Assembly: GCA_027491415.1 (NCBI GenBank)
Contig: JAOZFH010000063.1
Span: 32,001 to 96,000, forward strand
Source: Thermoproteota archaeon
Lineage (GTDB): Archaea; Korarchaeota; Korarchaeia; Korarchaeales; Korarchaeaceae
Length of the DNA stretch: 64,000 nt
Reading direction: 5' to 3'
Shown here one piece after another: positions 57,785-64,000 of this stretch (position 1 is the first letter of the stretch; each line of letters starts with the position of its first letter). The notes beneath the pieces are model-generated. The model made no database searches, was not told the DNA's origin, and saw only the letters and a list, made by a program, of their open reading frames with translations. The position numbers and the translations under genes are program-made.

Positions 57785-57999
57785 CGCGCCCTCTCCTCCT
57801 CGAGGTCGGACAGGATCTTGAGGTACTCCTCCTCACCCACCGCCTCTCCCGGCTCCGGGAGCCCAGGCTTCCACAGCACTATCCTGTCTCCCTCGATCTC
57901 CGTGTATATCAGATCACCTTCCCCTATTCCCAACATTTCCCTGAACTTCTTTGGGATGGTCACCTGGCCCTTCCTAGTCACCTTCAGCGAAACTGGCAT
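57775..57999 (-). CDS. AbrB-family antitoxin
   Basis: KVTRKGQVTIPKKFREMLGIGEGD. Confidence 0.92.
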   Translation of the reverse strand: MPVSLKVTRKGQVTIPKKFREMLGIGEGDLIYTEIEGDRIVLWKPGLPEPGEAVGEEEYLKILSDLEEERARWR

Positions 58000-58216
58000 C
58001 GGTTGTACTTTATAGTACTACTTAAAAAAGGTTTGCGAAAAAGTAGGACCAAAGGGCGGGAGGCGGGGATCCCGCGAATGCCGCGCTCCTCCTGCGCGGA
58101 GTTAGGCCTATGCGAGTCTCACCTCGCGAGAGTCCTCGCTTAAGGCCGTTCCAGACGCGGTTAGAGGGGAAATCACGGAGAGGCGCTCGCGGATCGGCGG
58201 TACGCAACACCGTTTT

Positions 58217-58900
58217 ATGGGAGGGGGGCTTGGGAGGAGAGTGCCCCTCAGCCTAGGCTTCAGGGACCGCATGTGGAGGTCAAGCTTCGAACTCGTCAGG
58301 GAGCACGCCGCCCTAGTCGAGGAGACCGTCTCGGAGCTGGTCAGGGCGCTGAGGGCGAAGGCCGAGGGGAGGGATGCCGAGGCCCTCAGGGTGATAGGGG
58401 AGGTCAGGGCGTCCGAGGAGGCCGCGGACTCGAAGCGAAGGGAGGTCGTTGCCTCTCTGGGAAAGGGGGTGCTTCCACCCCTCAGCAGGCAGGACGTCAT
58501 CCACCTGGTCAGGAGGCTGGACCGCATAGCCGACAGCGCGATGGACGCCGCGAGGTACCTGACTCACGTGAGGTTTCACGGCGAGCTAAGCGTGCTCGCC
58601 GAGGATCTCGTGAAGATGGCCGAGGCCGACCTGGAGACCGTCAAGTCCCTGAGGAGGGCGATAGACTCCATAGGGTCCGACTACGAGTCGTGCTCAAGAC
58701 GCTGCGACGAGGTGGAGGAGGGGGAGAGGCTGTGCGACTCCCTACACATGAGGGCCCTGCGTACCTTCTCCGGCATGAACCCCCCGTCCGGGCTGGCGTC
58801 GGTGGTGGCCGAACTCATAGAGGAGCTGGAAAGCATAGCAGACTTCTGTGAGGACGCCTCAGACGTTCTCAGGGCCATCGTGGTCAGGATGCAGGGGTGA
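58217..58900 (+). CDS. DUF47 / PhoU-like phosphate transport regulator
   Basis: EEAADSKRR, RQDVIHLVRRLDRIAD, ERLCD, LESIADFCEDASD. Confidence 0.9.
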   Translation: MGGGLGRRVPLSLGFRDRMWRSSFELVREHAALVEETVSELVRALRAKAEGRDAEALRVIGEVRASEEAADSKRREVVASLGKGVLPPLSRQDVIHLVRRLDRIADSAMDAARYLTHVRFHGELSVLAEDLVKMAEADLETVKSLRRAIDSIGSDYESCSRRCDEVEEGERLCDSLHMRALRTFSGMNPPSGLASVVAELIEELESIADFCEDASDVLRAIVVRMQG

Positions 58901-58915
58901 TAGGCGGGGAGGACC

Positions 58916-59875
58916 TCAGGCGAGGTATAGGTAGGCACGCGTTAGGGCGAAGGCGAGCGCGCCGGCCGCGGGGAACGTCACGGTCCAGGCGAACGCGACC
59001 GAGGCGAGTTCGGACACGTTCACTGGGGATCCCCTTGCGGCGGCTATTCCCACCAGGGAGGAGACCAGGATGTGCGTTCCGGAGAGAGGGAAGCCCAGCA
59101 GAGTTCCCACGAACATCACGGAGGCCGTCGAGAGCTGGGCGACCATAGCCGATGTCGGGGTCAGGTCCACGAGCTTCCCCCCGACCGACTCCAAGACCCT
59201 CCTTCCCAGGGTCGCCAGGCCCAGGGCCATGCCGACCCCCCCGAGCACCGTGACCATCGTCGAACCGCCTAAGGCGGCCTTGAGGAAAGCGGTCGCGTTT
59301 GCGACGTCGTTCCCACCCCGGGAGAGGGCGGTCAGGGAGGAGGCGAGCAGGAGAACGTAGGAGGAGTAGTACTCGACCCTGCACCTGGAGTACAGCCCCC
59401 TCGCCCTGCTCAGCACGAATCGGCGAAAGGCCGAGTACGCTAGCCACGATCCTGCGGCCCCGAGGGCGGGTGAGACGACCCACCCCAGGGCCACCTCGCC
59501 CAGCACGCCGTAGTTCACCCCTCTCCCCACGGCCAGGCCCAGCCCCACGGCCGCGCCGACCGCCGCGTGGGTGGTCGAGACCGGCCAGCCCCAAGATGAG
59601 GCCGCCACCAGCCAAGTCGCAACGGCCAGCGAGATTATCGCCGCCTCCGCCAGCCCTATGTCGGGTACCAGATCCTGACCGAGCGTCTCCTCGACGTTGG
59701 AGCTGAGCAGGGTCGCGCCCACGAAGTCTAGGGCGGCGCCGAGCAGGGCGGCCTGGCCCACCCTCAGGATCCTGCTCCCGCCGACCGCGGCCATGGTCTC
59801 GTCGTTCGCCCCGATGGACCAGGCTATGTAGGTCGTGAGAGCGCCGGACAGCAGCAGGAACGCCAGGGCAGGCAT
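58916..59875 (-). CDS. PiT-family inorganic phosphate transporter
   Basis: IGAND, GWPVSTTHAAVG, GGNDVANA, GFPLSGTH. Confidence 0.92.
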   Translation of the reverse strand: MPALAFLLLSGALTTYIAWSIGANDETMAAVGGSRILRVGQAALLGAALDFVGATLLSSNVEETLGQDLVPDIGLAEAAIISLAVATWLVAASSWGWPVSTTHAAVGAAVGLGLAVGRGVNYGVLGEVALGWVVSPALGAAGSWLAYSAFRRFVLSRARGLYSRCRVEYYSSYVLLLASSLTALSRGGNDVANATAFLKAALGGSTMVTVLGGVGMALGLATLGRRVLESVGGKLVDLTPTSAMVAQLSTASVMFVGTLLGFPLSGTHILVSSLVGIAAARGSPVNVSELASVAFAWTVTFPAAGALAFALTRAYLYLA

Positions 59876-60030
59876 GAGAGGTCACCCGGGGTGGCTCAGC
59901 CCGAGGGGTGGGCCGTCATCCCTGAGTCCGTTGTCCCCTCCCGGCATCATCGCCCCGTGGCCGTGGTGAGGCACCCTCCTACTAAAGTTTGAGCGGGGGC
60001 CGGTGTGGGGGGCTGTGACGTGGGGGAACC

Positions 60031-61002
60031 TCAGCCGGGAAAGAAGTGAGACCAGGCGGCGTCCACGAGGGCGTGCGTTAGCGCGGCGGCGGACACGTTC
60101 CTGCCCGAGAATAGGTAAGCCCTCGCGTAGAAGTAACCCGCCGCAGTCGCCAGCGCGGCGTACTTGACGTTCGGGACAGGCCCGTTGTTCAGGTGAGCCG
60201 CCCCGAAGATCAGGGAAGATGCAAGGATAGCCAGCCTGCCGGGCCCCAGCCTGACCTCGCACAGCTCGTGGACCACCCCCCTGAACAGGATCTCCTCGGG
60301 GAGGCCGGTCCCCACGTATACGACGAGCAGGCTCAGGGGAAGGAGTTCGAGATCCCTTGGCCCGGGGCGGATGAAGTCTAGAGCGAGACCACCTGGGACG
60401 AGGATAGCGGCCGCCAGGGCGAACTCCCTCACGGACGCCACGACGCCCCCGCGCCCCAGGCCGTGGTCTACCCTCACTTCGAGGCCCCGGAGGAGCATGA
60501 TGGAACCGGCCCCGGAGGTCATCGGGGCCAAGGTGGAGAGCGAGAGGCCCGAAGTCAGGTCGGCGCCACTGAGCAGACCGAATTCGGCGGGCAGCCAGGC
60601 CGCCAAGATGAGCGGGACGTCCCAGAGGTCTAGCCTTTTCCCCCTGAGGGGGAGGGCCAGAGCCGTCAGGGCGGCAGAGTACGCCACCAGTCTCACGGGG
60701 CTCTCGTCGGTCCACCCCGCCGTCATGAAGGCGACGTGAACCATCGCCGGCAGCCAGACGACCGTCGCCGCCACGAGGGTGCTACTGAGGAGGCGTCTGG
60801 CCGTGGGGGAGCCTAGGAGTATGAACGACCCGACCGTCGCGGCAAAGGCCGCGGTTCTGGCCGCCAACCCGCCTGCGGCTACCCCCGGAGTCCATGAGAT
60901 CTCGGCGAATATAAACGCCGTCAGCCCGAAGAGAGCTAGAGCAACCCAATCGCTCCGCGAGAGTTCCGTGCGCACCTCGTGCCGAACCGTCAGCCTGCCC
61001 AA
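60031..61002 (-). CDS. CPBP/CAAX (Abi) intramembrane metalloprotease
   Basis: PEEILFRG, FGAAH, ALTHALVD. Confidence 0.88.
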   Translation of the reverse strand: MGRLTVRHEVRTELSRSDWVALALFGLTAFIFAEISWTPGVAAGGLAARTAAFAATVGSFILLGSPTARRLLSSTLVAATVVWLPAMVHVAFMTAGWTDESPVRLVAYSAALTALALPLRGKRLDLWDVPLILAAWLPAEFGLLSGADLTSGLSLSTLAPMTSGAGSIMLLRGLEVRVDHGLGRGGVVASVREFALAAAILVPGGLALDFIRPGPRDLELLPLSLLVVYVGTGLPEEILFRGVVHELCEVRLGPGRLAILASSLIFGAAHLNNGPVPNVKYAALATAAGYFYARAYLFSGRNVSAAALTHALVDAAWSHFFPG

Positions 61003-61066
61003 AATGCGGCGGCCGGTCGCCGACTCGCCGCGGTTGGACGTCCAGCGGGCGAGGAGTCGAGGTGGG

Positions 61067-61143
61067 TGGAGCCCCGGGCGGGACTCGAACCCGCGACCTG
61101 CCGCTTACGAGGCGGCCGCTCTGCCGAGCTGAGCTACCGGGGC
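61067..61143 (-). tRNA. tRNA-Thr(CGT)
   Basis: GCCCCGG acceptor, gccgc-CT-CGT-AA-gcggc arm, GGTTCGAGTCCC, TCCA end. Confidence 0.95.
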
Positions 61144-61202
61144 TCGCTGACTCTGCTCCGTAGGCTCTATAAAATTCCTGCGGGAACATTACCGAAGAGG
61201 TA

Positions 61203-61736
61203 GTGATGGAAGAGAGGGACTTGGCGCTCGCCGCGGTCGCCGCAGCCGTCGGCGACGTTGAGGTTGCAAAGTCGCTGATGGAGTTAGCCTCCGCCGAGGA
61301 GTTTCACGAGGTGGAGCTGGCGCAGAGGCTCGATATGACCCAGCAGGAGGTCAGGAGGATACTCTACGCCCTCCAGGACGCGAACCTCGCCCACCAGCTC
61401 AGGACCGAGGAGCTGGAGGAAGGAGGGAGGAGGGTCTACTGGAGGCTGAATCTCGCCAACTCAAGGGACTTCCTGAGGTCAAGGCTGAAGAGGATCCGGG
61501 ATCTCCTTATTGGTCGGCGGAGGCTGGAAGAGTTCAGCGAGTTCTACGTGTGCGCCAACGACCCAAGCCACCACAGGGTGAGATCGGATGATATCCTCCC
61601 GATGCTCATGGACGGTGGGGAGGTCACCTGCCCGGTGTGCGGAGCCTCCTTAGAACCCGAAAACAGGGAGGCCATGCTGTCCAAGATTGATGGGCTCGTT
61701 GAGGCCATAGACGAGGTGCTCAGGCTGCTGGGGTGA
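61203..61736 (+). CDS. tfe: Transcription factor E alpha subunit
   Basis: wHTH (ELAQRLDM...EVRRILYAL, YWRL) plus Zn ribbon (FYVC...CPVCG). Confidence 0.9.
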   Translation: MMEERDLALAAVAAAVGDVEVAKSLMELASAEEFHEVELAQRLDMTQQEVRRILYALQDANLAHQLRTEELEEGGRRVYWRLNLANSRDFLRSRLKRIRDLLIGRRRLEEFSEFYVCANDPSHHRVRSDDILPMLMDGGEVTCPVCGASLEPENREAMLSKIDGLVEAIDEVLRLLG

Positions 61737-62527
61737 TGGCCCTGGTTCAGAGGGTACTGCTCGCCGAGAAGATCTACGGAAGGTCTCTAGACAGGAGGCT
61801 CGAGGAATTTGGCTGGGAGATCATGTCGCAGATCGAGGAGATGGACGTCGAAGGTCTCGATCTGGACGTCGTCGATAAGGACTGGGTGCTCGCCACGGTC
61901 GAGGGCAGGGACGAAGTCGCGGTGGCCAACCTTCTGAGGTTGAGGTACGGCGAGGTGAAGAGCATGGAGGAGGTGTCGGAAGGAGAGGAGCTCAGGGGCT
62001 TCATCACGGACCTCGGCAGGGTGGGCTACGGGGTGTACGTCGACGCCTTCGTGGAGGACAAAGACGCCCTCGTGCCCCTGTACGAGCTGAGGAGATCTCT
62101 GGTAGGCGGGAAGAGGCTCCCAGCCAGGCTGATTGCGAGGCTCTTCGGGTTCGTGGAGCGGATGCCCCTGAGGATCGTGGTAGAGAGGAGGAAAAATGGG
62201 ACCGTCGACGCGTCCATAGCCCCGAGGCAGGCGGCGGAGTTCCAGAGGTGGATCAGGAGGGGCCTCGACGTGCTCGTGGTGTCTGGCTACACGGCCAGAG
62301 AGATAAGGAGGGCCCTCAGGAAGACCGGACACGCGGTGGACGTGATAAGGATTGAGAGGCTCGCCTTCCTCTGTCACGCCCTAGTCTGCAAGGCCGACAC
62401 CCAGGCCAGGGGCCTAGTGCCAGCCGTCGGCCCGCACCTCCCCGGGGCGCCGCTGGGGGTCTTCTCTCCCAGGGAGATAAGGCGCACCATCAGCCAGGCA
62501 GATGGGTCCCAAGAGGAAGCCGAGTAG
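61733..62527 (+). CDS. DUF2110 family protein
   Basis: GRDEVAVANLL, GRVGYGVYVD, GHAVDVIRIERL; usual neighbour of tfe. Confidence 0.85.
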   Translation: MMALVQRVLLAEKIYGRSLDRRLEEFGWEIMSQIEEMDVEGLDLDVVDKDWVLATVEGRDEVAVANLLRLRYGEVKSMEEVSEGEELRGFITDLGRVGYGVYVDAFVEDKDALVPLYELRRSLVGGKRLPARLIARLFGFVERMPLRIVVERRKNGTVDASIAPRQAAEFQRWIRRGLDVLVVSGYTAREIRRALRKTGHAVDVIRIERLAFLCHALVCKADTQARGLVPAVGPHLPGAPLGVFSPREIRRTISQADGSQEEAE

Positions 62528-62549
62528 CTCGGCTGGGCGCCTAATCAAG

Positions 62550-63815
62550 TCAGGAGAGGTAGTCCGTGAGGTCTTCGAAGTCGGGTGGGTCTCTGGACGT
62601 CTCCCCGGGAGGGATGATCTTTCCGTACACGCCGTCGTAGCCGGGTTCTATCCTCAGGCTACCCTCACGCATGACGCGCACGGACTGCGCCACCAGGTCG
62701 CCGGCAATGCTCCGCAGCCTCTCCAAGTCGCCAGACATGAGCGCCTCGAGCTCGGATCCGAACTCCCGAATCAAGGCCTCGTAGACGACCTGCGGCTTGT
62801 CGGGAAGCGCCCTCCTTGAGTTGGCCATGGCCAGAAGTTCCTCGAGCGGGATGAGGCTGTAGAACGGCCTTTTGTCAGGCGGCCTGTACCCCTCGGGCCT
62901 GTCGGCCAGCTCCTCCACTCTGTGCAGCACCCCGAGTGTCAGGGGCCTGCCGCACACCGGGCAGGTGTTCCCCCTCCTCGTGGCCTCCTTTGGGTGGAGC
63001 CTTACCCCGCAGTCCCTGTGCCCATCGTAGTGGTACTTCCCGTACTCCGGCGGGACCTCGACCGTGTAGGCTATCCTAGAAGTCCCCTCTCCGCGGATCG
63101 CCCTTACTATCTCCCTGTACTCCGGGGCCCTGACCTCGAAGGCCGTGAGTTCCCTCCCCAACCTCAGGGGGCTCGGGGAGTGTGCGTCTGAGAAGCTGAC
63201 CAGCGAGTACCTGTCGAGGGAGCTCAGCCTCCAGTTCATCGGGGGGTCCGAGGAGAGGCCAGTCTCTATGGCGTGTATCCTCACGACCTGATCCCCGAAG
63301 GCCTCCTCAAGGGAGTCGAACCCGCTCCTGCTTCCGAATACGGAGTACCATGGCGTCCAAGCGTGGGCGGGGATCACCTCGATCCAAGGGTCCACCTCCG
63401 CGATCGCCTCCACGAACTCGGCCGGCTCCACCGAGAGGGTCGGCCTCCCGTCCACGGCTAGGTCACCCCAGCTGGACGCGACCTCCGAGGCCTGCTCCGC
63501 CGCCTCGAGGCTCGGGGCGAGGACCACAACGTGAATTCGGTGGATCTTCTCGCCCCTCCTGAACTGAAGGTTGACCTCGGTCTGCGGAAGAAAGAGAACG
63601 CCGCCGTACTCATAGAGATCTCCCGATTCGCCTCTCGAGAGCCAAGACCTGAGTTCCCTCATCCAGCCCGGGTGGGTGAAGTCACCGGTGCCGAGCAGGT
63701 CCACCCCCTTGAGCCTGGCCGCCGAGACCAGGTGCGGGATGTCCATCCTTGGGCTGGTGGCGCGGCTGTACCTCGAGTGAATGTGGAGGTCTGCCCTCAG
63801 GATCGTCCCCCTCAC
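62550..63815 (-). CDS. Endonuclease Q family (PHP-domain DNA repair endonuclease)
   Basis: ADLHIHSRYSRATS, GTGDFTHP, PAHAWTPW, ETGLSSD, SDAHS, GKYHYDGH, CPVCG, PGYDGVYG. Confidence 0.92.
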   Translation of the reverse strand: MRGTILRADLHIHSRYSRATSPRMDIPHLVSAARLKGVDLLGTGDFTHPGWMRELRSWLSRGESGDLYEYGGVLFLPQTEVNLQFRRGEKIHRIHVVVLAPSLEAAEQASEVASSWGDLAVDGRPTLSVEPAEFVEAIAEVDPWIEVIPAHAWTPWYSVFGSRSGFDSLEEAFGDQVVRIHAIETGLSSDPPMNWRLSSLDRYSLVSFSDAHSPSPLRLGRELTAFEVRAPEYREIVRAIRGEGTSRIAYTVEVPPEYGKYHYDGHRDCGVRLHPKEATRRGNTCPVCGRPLTLGVLHRVEELADRPEGYRPPDKRPFYSLIPLEELLAMANSRRALPDKPQVVYEALIREFGSELEALMSGDLERLRSIAGDLVAQSVRVMREGSLRIEPGYDGVYGKIIPPGETSRDPPDFEDLTDYLS

Positions 63816-64000
63816 CCCCCAGAGATTCGGCTGCAGATCGCCTCTGTGAGCCCGTCGAGGCTCGTGTATATCCCAACCCACCCGGCGGATTCGTCTTGCT
63901 CCCACATCACCGCCGCGCGGGGGGATGAGGAGCACGCGCCCCCTATGCCGCCGGGCAGCTCCACCGTTAGGTCCAGCTCGACGCCCCGCCTCGACTCCGC

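Noticed and set aside
60031-61002. CAAX/Abi protease as part of the toxin-immunity systems
   Set aside because: It lies among housekeeping genes with ordinary composition; no linkage evidence.
1-64000. CRISPR array or cas genes
   Set aside because: No regularly spaced direct repeats and no Cas motifs seen.

Overview
GC-rich genomic DNA from an archaeon, probably a thermophilic TACK/Korarchaeota-like lineage (inferred from gene content and a T-loop tRNA intron). The middle of the window (about 30.5-41 kb) is a conserved information-processing block: NMNAT, PINA ATPase, DUF655, rpoF, rpl21e, pus10, eIF5A, rps9, rpl13, rpl18e, tRNA-Leu, rpoD, rps11, rps4, rps13 and tRNA-Ser. More housekeeping genes lie at 46-52 kb and 58-64 kb. 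Around these are accessory regions (1-30 kb and 50-58 kb) with six VapBC-type and two HEPN-MNT toxin-antitoxin pairs, two AAA_14/DUF4143-type ATPases and many gene fragments. Five observations stand out. (1) A signal-peptide-bearing 954-aa protein with a C-terminal PD-(D/E)XK nuclease sits downstream of tRNA-Lys. It is followed by a coupled partner gene, an orphan copy of its C-terminus and three more partner paralogues, which is the architecture of a polymorphic toxin/poly-immunity locus; a collapsed second copy lies next to tRNA-Pro(CGG). (2) A separate repeated module joins decayed LssY_C-like C-termini to small multi-TM membrane proteins. (3) Three AT-rich cassettes each pair a secreted G1/neprosin-like beta protein with a membrane-anchored partner. 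(4) An AT-rich two-gene cassette encodes a PD-(D/E)XK nuclease and is a candidate defence system. (5) An unexplained ~210-nt structured sequence lies between tRNA-Leu and rpl18e. All family assignments come from motifs recognised by eye; no searches were run.
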